Assembly (NCBI GenBank): GCA_008632985.1
Contig: QPGO01000190.1
Coordinates: forward strand, 121,495 to 141,494
Length of the DNA stretch: 20,000 nt
Reading direction: 5' to 3'
Source: Psammoneis japonica
Taxonomy: Eukaryota
The position numbers and the translations under genes are program-made. Positions 10,463-19,575 of this stretch are shown in pieces (positions within the stretch are counted from its first letter, which is position 1; each line of letters begins with the position of its first letter). The notes under the pieces are model-generated. The model was not told where the DNA came from. It did no database searches and saw only the letters and a list, made by a program, of their open reading frames with translations.

Positions 10463-11385
10463 TGGCTTTTCTCCCTCTCCTGTCAGTCAATGCTGAAAAT
10501 CCCTTGCGTGGTCTGCTTGCGCAGCCGGGAGTGTCTCGTGCATTGGTGCCATTTGCCACCACGCCATTTCGGCGCTATCCTGTGGATGCACCTCCCAATT
10601 TTTTTCGCTGTTAATGCTGACTACGGTCACGCCATCTTGGCGCCATGTCATGTGGGCATTGCTCCAAATCCCGACTGGGTCCGCTTGTCAGCGGGGGCGC
10701 TTCGGCGGCCGAGGATTGCCTCGCACTCTGGCCCATTTGCCACACCTTTCAACGGTGCTTTCTTACAAGGAGTGCATCCTCATATAGACGGTCTCAGCAC
10801 CATTAAAGTCCCGCATGGGCAAATGGCAGTGTGGCTTTTTCATTCCGCCTGCCACTTTCTCCTGAACGCCCAGGTTGGGCCTTTTTCTTTTGCGGCTCTG
10901 CGGTCCATGGTCATCGCCTTCCCCCTCGGCGTGTCCAATTTTTTCCCTCTCCTGGGGACACAGCATGTTTAGGCTTGCACACCAGCACACCACAGCATCG
11001 GAATTGCCAGTTCTGTCTGGTCGATGTCAACTGCACACACACATGTGCATTCCCGCGAGGGTTTGGTCAAAACGAAATTTGCCACCACGTTTCGGGGTTT
11101 TTCGTCTTCTCGCGAAATGCGCGCCATCACGATGATGAATGGTGATGGAAACTGACCCGTCACATGGGGATGAAACTTGGATTTCTTTCTTGTCTCCATT
11201 CATTGGACAAGCACAGGAATCGCGAAGGGTTGCGTTCGCGGAACTGACACGGTGTCAGTCAACGCTTGTCCTTCTCGAGCAATTTCCACACGCTGGTGTC
11301 CTTCACTTTCCGGTGAGATTGCTCTCACTTTTCCTTTTTTGCGATCGGACGAGCCTTTAGTTTTCTGCTGCCCTGTTGTTCCACC

Positions 11386-13663
11386 ATGAACCAAGCCCAC
11401 GCTGCTGCCATCAACCGCGGCAAGCTCTCCGCTGCAAAGCGGTGCTCCGCCGCTTTGCCCTCCTCCACGGGTGCGATCGAGTCTGTCTCAACTGCTGTCC
11501 ACCGTGACACCCAGAAGGAGCTACGAGACCATGTCTTCGCGACCTCTGACCTTTTCTACGCGGTCCACAATCGCAAGATTGCGGTTGTGGCGAAACCTCG
11601 CCCCAGGCAGCACGCCGATGGGAATCTAAAGTGGATCGGGAGCCTCTCGGATGCGATCGGCGAGGTCATCCCGATGTCTGGTAGTTGGACTCGTTTCCAA
11701 GGCCATGCAACCACTCTAGTCCCCCAGGGCACTGTGGACACTTGTCACCTGCCCAAGTGCGAACTCAGCCCTGACGAGATTGACGGTCCCGTTGGCAACG
11801 ACGGCAACAACGTGCCGGCGTCGATGGGTCGTCTCCATTTTGGGAATCCTTCCGGACCGGCAGAGCGTCCCTCCATCGTCGCGCTCCCGATGTTCCTGCC
11901 AATCCCAACGGGCGTCACCCTTCCTGCTGACTTCGACCCAGCAGATCCCCCGGCATCCCTTGCCACTGACTTTCCGCTTGGAGCGGTTTGGGCTCAGGGC
12001 ATGTCCTGGTTGCTTCAGCACAACGCTTCTGTCTCTGTCACGGAAGGCGGCCCCATGTTTGAGCAGAATGGCTTTGCAATTGTCGATGAGTTTGCAGGCC
12101 TCGAGATCTGTGATCTCGACAACAATGACGCACAGATGCTCCAACCTCTGACGGATTGGTGTGCACCAGTCAAGACCACGATGGACGCCTTTGCAGATGA
12201 GACCTGGAGGCAACTCGGTGGAGAAGAGCCCGCGCAGATGCAAGCTCCCGCCGCCCCAGCCCAAGGTGCCAATGGACAGGTTCCGAACTGTGCCATCCAT
12301 GTCCCACGCCAGGACTCGAAGAAAGAGTCAGACCAGAAGCTGAGGGCGCGCGACATTGGTCACCGCTGGTCACTCTGTGCGTTCCGAGCGACTGCTGGTG
12401 CAGGTCCGGAGGACCCGCCTGTGATCATCGTGGGCGAGCTTACGGACCAAGCGGCTGAGATTCTTCAGGACACGTCGGCTGCCAATGCAAACCGTGACCT
12501 CGCGGATCTTGTTAAGATGGCTGTTGTTGCATCAGCCCGTGGTGACAGCAGTCTAGACGCTGGGGTCGACTGCAAGTGCACCATCGTCAACAAGGCCTGC
12601 ACGGACTGTTTCCACGGCTTTAATGTGGTTGCGGAGCCCCCGCAGCATGGCCAGGCTTCGCACCGCACGAAGCTGTCTGTCCTTCCTTTTCTTCCCCCGA
12701 AGACTGCATCATCTTCATTTGCTGGTCTCGAGGACGAAGGGAGGGTGCTCCATCGGGTGCTTGCCAATGGCTCCGACTGCAAGATCCCCGATGACGTGAA
12801 GGCAAGCAACCTTTGTGTCCAAGGAAGGATGGACACCGCCAGCAATCTGTGGTCAGTGCTTTGCAACTTTTGCTGTGTCCTTGGATGCTGGATCAAGGAC
12901 TTCGACAATGCGGAGCTGTGGAAGTCCCTGGATGCGCACGCAAAGGTTCTTTGGTCGCACCCGGGCCGCACGTGGCTCAAGAATCTCGAGGACCCCAAAC
13001 CAGTCGTCGCCAGCATCCCAGACAATTTCCAGACTATCATCAAAGTCCACTTTGAGATCGGAGACTCTCCATTGTGCCGTCAGGCGGTAGAAACCGAGCG
13101 TCCACTGAGCCATCAGATGGCAAAGGACGCTCGCACTCTGGTCGTCCCTCATTGCGGACCTCAAAACCGCGATCACGCGGGGCAAGCCTCTGGCCTTTGC
13201 GGAGGCATCTACGTTGGCCCTTGTCCCCCTGGGCAACTCTGTGTTCCTCCCTGCTAGCAGAACGAAGGATGATGCGACCAAGTCTGGTCAACCTCCGAAT
13301 GAGAAGCTGCGCACGGGGGAAACAGATGACAAAACCGCCAAGCTCTGCAAGGCGATGGGCATGCTCAATTTTTCGGGCACGAAGCGGCTCCCGACCAGCC
13401 CCGTTTTCTACAAGAAGCGAGGATCAGATCAGGAGGAACGTTTCTGCATGTGCTTTTGCACTGAGGGGCACTTCTGCAAATTCCCCAACTGCCCGAAGCC
13501 CCACCCATCGTCACTCTCCAAGATTCCGAGTGAAAAGAGGGATGCCTTTTGCCAATTTGTCAAAGACACCCCGGGACTCGATTTTGTTCCTGGCAAGGGC
13601 CCAGACGGTGCGTCCCAATCAGGTTCGAATGTTCCTAGTCTGTGCACTGCACCCTGTTGCTAA
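11386..13663 (+). pseudogene. gag: Gag-like ORF1 of the YR retrotransposon, frameshifted at ~13145, with a C-terminal CCCH-like zinc finger
   Basis: First long ORF of the element (11386..13257). Protein-like sequence continues in the frame of ORF 13214..13663 (LIADLKTAITRGKPLAF...RFCMCFCTEGHFCKFPNCPKPHP). The assignment rests on position and the Cys/His finger. Confidence 0.75.
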
Positions 13664-13744
13664 TGCAGTGTTGTCCAAAACTGTTCTGTTTTTCACTCTC
13701 GATTAGTCTACGTTATCCCTGACAGGTCCGTTCGTCTCATCGCA

Positions 13745-16606
13745 ATGGATGTCGACGACGACAGCGATCAGGAGTGCGAGGTGATCGATGCAGAGCAAGA
13801 CGAGACCGGAATGAGTGTCGCTGAAGCCATCCCAGCTGTTGATGCTGCACTTGCCACGTCGGTGAAGGAGCCGCACCCGAGCCTGTGCCGAGGTGCGGTC
13901 ACGCCGCAGCCTCCCGTCAACGAGAATGAGCTGATCGAGCCATTCCCCACCTTCTCCATGGTCCACAAGAAGAAAGGGACCGATTTGATTCCTACAATCA
14001 ATGACGGCTTCAATGAGAAGGCACGTGAGCACTTTGCCAATGCGGAACCATCGCCGGGCATGCGTGCTAAACTGGACCAAAAATTCGGCAAGGAAAACTT
14101 GAATCAATGTTTCTTGTCGGAAGCGTGTTTGCGTCATGTGTTGCCACCGCTGTTGAAATCTGGGTGCATGTCGCCACCGGTTGATTGCATGAGTGACTCA
14201 TCTGCCCAAATCGTCTTTGGGGGTGATTGGGAGAACTTCGGAGCGGCCATCCCGGAAGCAGCCGAGCCCATGAGCCTGGTCCGGGAATGTGGCGACATCG
14301 ACTTTAATCCTCTCCAAGGCTGCCCCGAGGGATGGCAAAAAGAGACAACGGTCAGTGTGGATAGAGCTGCGATGACAACTGCCGCGTTGTTGCATTTTGA
14401 TGGTGACCCAGCAAACCTCGTTCGCTGGGTTGGCGGACCGCACGTCGGTGAACACAGACACACGCAGAAAATGCTCCGCTTTCTACAAGGTCGTGCACCC
14501 GACGAGACAACAGCACACGTTCGCCGCATCTTCCAAGACGGGGCGCCAGCGAAATGCAACACTGCTTTCACTGAAGCCAACTTCCAAGCAGCTCTCAAGT
14601 GTGGAAACCACAAGACCGTCGACGCTGCACCTGACAAAACATTGGCGGCAGTCGCCAAGGACAATCGCAAGGGTTTCACGCCACTTTTTGACCAGCGTCT
14701 GGTGCCGCACTTGCTGAACTGCCATCTCACTCCTCAGGGGATGGTGGACCTTGACAAGAAATGCAAGAGTCCACGCCCCATCTTCGACAGCACGATGCGA
14801 GCGACTCCGGGTGGCATGGCAATCAACGATGCGTTGGACCTCAAGCACGAACCGCCGATCACGTTCCCATCAGCGGAAATGGACTTTGTGGTGTGGACAT
14901 GGAACATGAGAACATCCCACCCACACGAGGAGATCCACCTCGGCGATGATGATGTGAGTGGCGCTTTCCGCAACCTGAAGCACCACCCGAACCTCGTCGG
15001 GATGCATGCCAGCGTCCAGTGTGGACTGGGCGTCCTGCAGACGGGTTGTGCCTTTGGCGATGAGACCAACCCAAGCAACTGGGACGCTGTTGCCAATGCA
15101 AGACAATGCCTTGCTCAACAATTCTGGCTGGTGCCCAACGTGGTGGAACTCACCCAGCAGTGTCTCCCGACGACATCATTCGCCGAACCTCCTGCAGCTG
15201 AAGAGGCAGCGTCATTCTGTCCTGCGGAAGCAGACGCTGTCAATCCGGGCATGTTCCTAGATGGCTGCCGTTTGCCACCAACATGCAAGCACCACGTTGA
15301 CGATGACTTCTACGGAGACATGCATGACTTGATGAAAAGAACAGTCGCTGCGAGCGCCCTGGCCGTGTGCGTTTTGTTGGGCTTCCCACGCGATGAAACT
15401 CCGGATTTCCCAAGCAAAGAGAAACTGGACACACTGTGCTCACATCTCCGACGAGCCCTGGGAAGGCACTTCAACTCAAGAGCGCTGTCGGTGGGAATGC
15501 TCCCATGCAAACGAGAACAGTTCCTTGAAACTTTGCGAGAATGGCGCGACAAACAACGGCACACACTGTTGGATGCAGCAAACCCAAATGGTCAATGTGA
15601 ACTCCATGCGCGGTGTTGTCCATGGGCTCGGCCGAATTTTTTTGCACTCCAGAACTCCACGCGGCGGGCCATGGTCGTCCAATGCGCCATTGTCAAACAA
15701 ATCATGGAGCGACAAAATTTCAAATTAAATTTTGAAACTCAACTGCCGAGTCATCTCAGAAATGGGCCACCGAGCTTGCTCGCGCGCACACAGGCCCAGC
15801 TCCTCTGTCAGCTGAAGACCGAGATCCCGATGACATCCAATGTCATTGATGTGACAAAGGACACAGTGTCCTACATCGAATCAACGCCAGACCCATGGTC
15901 AGCACCGATTGGATGTGTCACACCGCAAGTGCCACATTGCCAGGCAATTGGAGACGCCAGCAACGCAGGCGGAGGAGCCCACTGCGCAGAACTCAAATTT
16001 TGGTTCGCATTTCTTTGGGGACCAAAAACAGCGAAAGGGCTCCGGCTGAGGAAGGCCTCCGACCCAGTGCATGTCCATGTCAACACAGCAGAGTTTGTTG
16101 TCATCACACTCAAGCTGGCAGCTGTGATTGTCCGCATGGAGACTGTGACCCGAGAACGGGCCCATGAGTTCTTCCGGAACGGCGTCGTCCCACTGCACCT
16201 GGTCGTCAGGAGTCGTTCAGACAACATGGTGTCGGTCAACCGGTCCAACAAAGCAACGTCAAAGTCGCCACAGGGGCAACGATTTGTCTGGGTCTTCTGC
16301 AAATTGCTCCACCGTGCTCGTGCCAACTTCAACGGAGATCACATCTTTGGCGACGAAAATTTTGTTGCCGACGATGTCTCACGACCTTCTGTTTTTGCCT
16401 TGATCTCGCATCGCACCCATTCTGAACAGCTGTTTCGGAAGTGTCCCTTTCTGAAGACCTGGGACTGTTTCCAGCCGAGTCAAGAGCTGCTGCAGCTCCT
16501 CTCCTCACAGCTGTCTGCCAAGCACAGAATGGCACCCCAGATCCCAAGCGACTTGGGACAGCTCGTTCCCGCAGAATCCATTTCCTCTGCTTTTGTAAGA
16601 GTGTGA
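13745..16606 (+). CDS. pol: Reverse transcriptase plus RNase H (open frame, heavily mutated)
   Basis: RT motifs PRPIFD, DDDVSGAFR, GCAFGDETNPSNW and HHVDDD. DIRS-type RNase H motifs GDASNAGGGA, HVNTAEF, RSDN and HIFGDENFVADDVSR. Confidence 0.93.
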   Translation: MDVDDDSDQECEVIDAEQDETGMSVAEAIPAVDAALATSVKEPHPSLCRGAVTPQPPVNENELIEPFPTFSMVHKKKGTDLIPTINDGFNEKAREHFANAEPSPGMRAKLDQKFGKENLNQCFLSEACLRHVLPPLLKSGCMSPPVDCMSDSSAQIVFGGDWENFGAAIPEAAEPMSLVRECGDIDFNPLQGCPEGWQKETTVSVDRAAMTTAALLHFDGDPANLVRWVGGPHVGEHRHTQKMLRFLQGRAPDETTAHVRRIFQDGAPAKCNTAFTEANFQAALKCGNHKTVDAAPDKTLAAVAKDNRKGFTPLFDQRLVPHLLNCHLTPQGMVDLDKKCKSPRPIFDSTMRATPGGMAINDALDLKHEPPITFPSAEMDFVVWTWNMRTSHPHEEIHLGDDDVSGAFRNLKHHPNLVGMHASVQCGLGVLQTGCAFGDETNPSNWDAVANARQCLAQQFWLVPNVVELTQQCLPTTSFAEPPAAEEAASFCPAEADAVNPGMFLDGCRLPPTCKHHVDDDFYGDMHDLMKRTVAASALAVCVLLGFPRDETPDFPSKEKLDTLCSHLRRALGRHFNSRALSVGMLPCKREQFLETLREWRDKQRHTLLDAANPNGQCELHARCCPWARPNFFALQNSTRRAMVVQCAIVKQIMERQNFKLNFETQLPSHLRNGPPSLLARTQAQLLCQLKTEIPMTSNVIDVTKDTVSYIESTPDPWSAPIGCVTPQVPHCQAIGDASNAGGGAHCAELKFWFAFLWGPKTAKGLRLRKASDPVHVHVNTAEFVVITLKLAAVIVRMETVTRERAHEFFRNGVVPLHLVVRSRSDNMVSVNRSNKATSKSPQGQRFVWVFCKLLHRARANFNGDHIFGDENFVADDVSRPSVFALISHRTHSEQLFRKCPFLKTWDCFQPSQELLQLLSSQLSAKHRMAPQIPSDLGQLVPAESISSAFVRV

Positions 16607-17682
16607 AGTGGCATCTGGGAGATCCGGAAATGACTGTGATTGGCAAGGACCCAAAGTGCTGCCAACTGGTGCCAGCCATGTGTGCTTTGCATCTAGCTAG
16701 CGGCTCCACTCTCTGCTGCAAGAACATCTCCTCAGGTGCCATCAAGGAACATGTCCATGACATGTCAACGTTCGTGTCTCCACTTGGTTCCACGTGTCGG
16801 GACGTCCGCAAAGACAACAGCGTGGACACCAAGATGGGGTGGATCCTCAGGGGAGCATTCGATGAACTCCAACGGTGCGAGAAAGTCCCGGAAAGGCGCG
16901 AGTCACACACGTTGCTCATGCAGCAACGAGCGACGTCGACAGCAGACACTGTGCGAGAAACCGACCCGGATGCGATCGAAGTGGTCCTCGCTGACTGGTT
17001 TGAGATTGGGCCAATGGCCGGCTTGCGAAGTGTTGAATGGGCCCAATCCAATGAACACTCAGAACTGGAGAATCCAAGGCTGAACATCTTTGAGGAGACC
17101 TGCGCGTTCTGCCTCGACGACGTCCGATGCGAGACAAAAGACAAGCGCCGACACACCGGGGCGGATTGTCTTGTCCCCAAGCAAGAGGATGTCGAAAGCA
17201 TGCGTGTCATGTTCCGAGCTCAGAAGAACATGCACAATGGCGAGGAATGCCAGTTTGCTGTGAACCTTGATGGCAAGCACGACTTGGCAAAGCCGATGCT
17301 TCGCGTTGTCCGACGTTTCGTGCGGGTCCGTGGCAAGGACGACAAGATCTGCCCCCTTGCTCTCTACTTTGATCCAGAGAAGGGCAAGCACCGTCTCGTC
17401 ACGTCCAAGAAAATCGAGACCCACATGCGCCGAATTGCCGCAGAAGTGCACCACCTCGACCCGGTGAAAGACAAGAAAGCTCTTGGCAAATGGTCGGCTC
17501 ACTCCCTCCGTGTTGGAGCCTGTAATGTCCTTCACGAGATGAACTTTAGTGGCGAGCAGATTAAATGGCTGCTCAGATGGCGATCTGATGCCTTTGTGGC
17601 TTGTCTCCGCAACTGCCTGGGTCTTTCCCAGGCCCATTGTCGAGCTCTCGACAAGGCGGCACCCATGCCGTTCTTCGATTAA
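16441..17682 (+). CDS. Tyrosine recombinase (open frame; catalytic Tyr position is Cys), overlapping the RT/RH 3' end
   Basis: GLRSVEW (catalytic R), AQKN (K), HSLRVGA (HxxR) and LLRWRSDAFVACLR (W, plus the expected nucleophile Tyr seen as TGT at 17602-17604). The true start is uncertain. Confidence 0.92.
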   Translation: MSLSEDLGLFPAESRAAAAPLLTAVCQAQNGTPDPKRLGTARSRRIHFLCFCKSVKWHLGDPEMTVIGKDPKCCQLVPAMCALHLASGSTLCCKNISSGAIKEHVHDMSTFVSPLGSTCRDVRKDNSVDTKMGWILRGAFDELQRCEKVPERRESHTLLMQQRATSTADTVRETDPDAIEVVLADWFEIGPMAGLRSVEWAQSNEHSELENPRLNIFEETCAFCLDDVRCETKDKRRHTGADCLVPKQEDVESMRVMFRAQKNMHNGEECQFAVNLDGKHDLAKPMLRVVRRFVRVRGKDDKICPLALYFDPEKGKHRLVTSKKIETHMRRIAAEVHHLDPVKDKKALGKWSAHSLRVGACNVLHEMNFSGEQIKWLLRWRSDAFVACLRNCLGLSQAHCRALDKAAPMPFFD

Positions 17683-17950
17683 TTCCTTTGTGCGGATTCA
17701 ACACATCCCCTTTCCATGTGTCCTCTCTGCGTGACATAAAATCGCACACTGTTGTCCCATTGCATCTGAAATTTCAATTTTGAAATTCGAAATTTGATCC
17801 TGGCAACGTGATCGCACACATGTGTTCAGGAGGAACATTTGTTCCTCCATCATGTCTGAAGAAAATAGATTTTTTTTTCCGGCTGGCTCTGCCTCCGATG
17901 ACATGGGCGCGTTCGCAATGCTTCCAGCATTCCGCGTCGGCAGCATGGTG

Positions 17951-18201
17951 TGCACACAGTGAAAAAGGGAACCAATTGCTTGGCACTGGCGATTCCAAGC
18001 CTGGCCCCACATCCTAATTGCTTCACCTGCTGGCGACTGTTTTCATCGTGGCAACAACATGAGTCTACACACGGACATGAGCACTGCGCATGTCACAGAT
18101 GACACCAATGTGTTGCATCGACAGATGAGAGACGCTTCCACTGTGCCATGTCATCAGAGTGCAGACAGCCGAGGCGGAGGCAGGGAATCCATGGGATTCT
18201 C
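17951..18201 (+). repeat. Split direct repeat B1 (~251 bp)
   Basis: Gap-free alignment to 18438..18688 with about 23 differences, all transitions. Confidence 0.95.
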
Positions 18202-18202
18202 A

Positions 18203-18418
18203 CAGCCAAGACTCTAAGCCAAGCAAGGAGAGGACCTCCTTGACTGGACCGAGAGTCACCGCGCGAATGCAGGAGCGAAATGGGTTGAAGGACGGACGAC
18301 GGACGAGACGAGCGGAAACGAGGCCAGCCCAAGGGATCCCCTCATTGTCTGGCAGGATGGGAGACACCATGGCACTGTCGGAGGCGTCTCCTGGGAGATG
18401 CCAACGATGAAAATCGAA
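18203..18418 (+). repeat. Split direct repeat A2
   Basis: 215/216 identical to 10247..10462. Confidence 0.97.
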
Positions 18419-18437
18419 AACCCACCACTCCCTCCCC

Positions 18438-18688
18438 TGTGCACAGTGAAAAAGGGAACCAATTGCTTGGCACTGGCGATTCCAAGCCCAGTCCCATGTC
18501 CCAATTGCTTCACCTGCTAGCGACTGTTTTCATCGTGGCAACAACATGAGTCTACACACGGATGTGAGTGCTGCGCATGTTGTAGACGACACCAATGTGT
18601 TGCATCGACAGACAAGAGACGCTTCCACTGTGCCATGTCATCGGAGTGCAGACAGCCGAGGCGGAGGCAGGGAATCCGTGGGGTTCCC
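18438..18688 (+). repeat. Split direct repeat B2
   Basis: Gap-free copy of 17951..18201 (offset 487). Confidence 0.95.
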
Positions 18689-19063
18689 CCTGTGGTGCAG
18701 TGGGGGAGCTGTGTGTGTGTGCGTGTGGTTGTGTGCACACGGCTTCGCCGTGCGTTGAGTTTTAATGTTAATGTCCACACGCACGTGCATGTTCCACAAG
18801 CAAAAATTCCTGTTCCACAGCTCCCCTAAAACTCTAACCACCAAAAACCGAGGGGTTGGAAGCGCACTTTCGGGAGCTCTTTTTCTCCGCACAAAAAACA
18901 CGCGTTTCGTCGACTCGACCATGATGATGCCTCGTGGTTCTTCCCCATCGCCTTCCCAGGACGCCGATCCCACTGACACCGTTGCCAATGACACTGATGC
19001 AACAGGTGATGTCATTGTTCCGGTTCTCGTGGGTGTGATGCGCACAAAATAAGATGCTGCAAA

Positions 19064-19575
19064 CTCACACTGTTGTTTGCATGCTCCACCGCCTCCCACA
19101 GATGCTGTCACGAATTCCAACACCGCACCTGCGTTTCGGGCCCCCAGCATGCCCGATGCTGTCACTCCCACCCTTGCTGCTGCAGGCGCTGTTGATGCTG
19201 TCACTGTGTTTTGCCAATGACGTCCACAATGAAATGTCAACATCTCACACTTCTTTCATTCTCGCCCCACCGCCTCCCACAGACACCATCACGAATTCCA
19301 ACACCGTGCCTGCGTTTCGGCCCCCTGGCATGCCCGACACTGTCACTCCTGCCCTCACTGCCGCAGGTGCTGTTGATGCTGTTGTTGTCTTTTTGCCAAT
19401 GACGTCCACAACGAAATGCTTGTAACTCACACTTCTTTCATTCTCGCCCCACCGCCTCCCACAGATGCTGTCACGAACTCCAATGCCGCACCTGCGTTTC
19501 GGCCCCCTGGCATGCCCGACACTGTTGGTCCCACCCTTGCTGCTGCAGTTGCTGTTGATGCTGTCATTGTTTTTG
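19064..19575 (+). repeat. Three diverged tandem units of ~180-182 bp in a TpA-depleted block
   Basis: Units start at ctcacac (19064, 19244, 19426), and each contains ccaccgcctcccacaga...cctgcgtttcgg...gcatgcccga...gctgttgatgctgt. Confidence 0.9.

Larger units (their letters stand above)
10247..18688 (+). mobile_element. Full-length tyrosine-recombinase (DIRS-order) retrotransposon with split direct repeats, Ngaro/PAT-like
   Basis: Order is A1 - gag - RT/RNaseH - YR - B1 - A2 - B2, the established split-direct-repeat architecture of Ngaro/PAT/TOC1 elements. No integrase and no evident TSD. Confidence 0.95.

Noticed and set aside
15290..15307. HVDD instead of YxDD taken as proof of Tyr->His mutation in the RT active site
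   Set aside because: It is compatible with TAC->CAC, but HHVDD may be native to this element family, so it was not used as evidence without an alignment.
11556..17637. Antisense and alternative-frame ORFs over gag, RT and YR
   Set aside because: These are shadow ORFs caused by stop-codon depletion.
13745..17682. Alternative genetic code (Tyr reassigned)
   Set aside because: Neighbouring host genes use TAY normally, and TA loss also affects non-coding DNA and all codon positions.
10247..18418. A1/A2 as LTRs of a Ty1/Ty3 element
   Set aside because: There is no DDE integrase or protease and no TG..CA/TSD ends. A tyrosine recombinase and interleaved B repeats are present instead.
10247..18688. 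Classical RIP or CpG deamination as the explanation for the TG/CA excess
   Set aside because: RIP increases TpA. CpGs are abundant and identical between A1 and A2, and it is Tyr codons that are missing.
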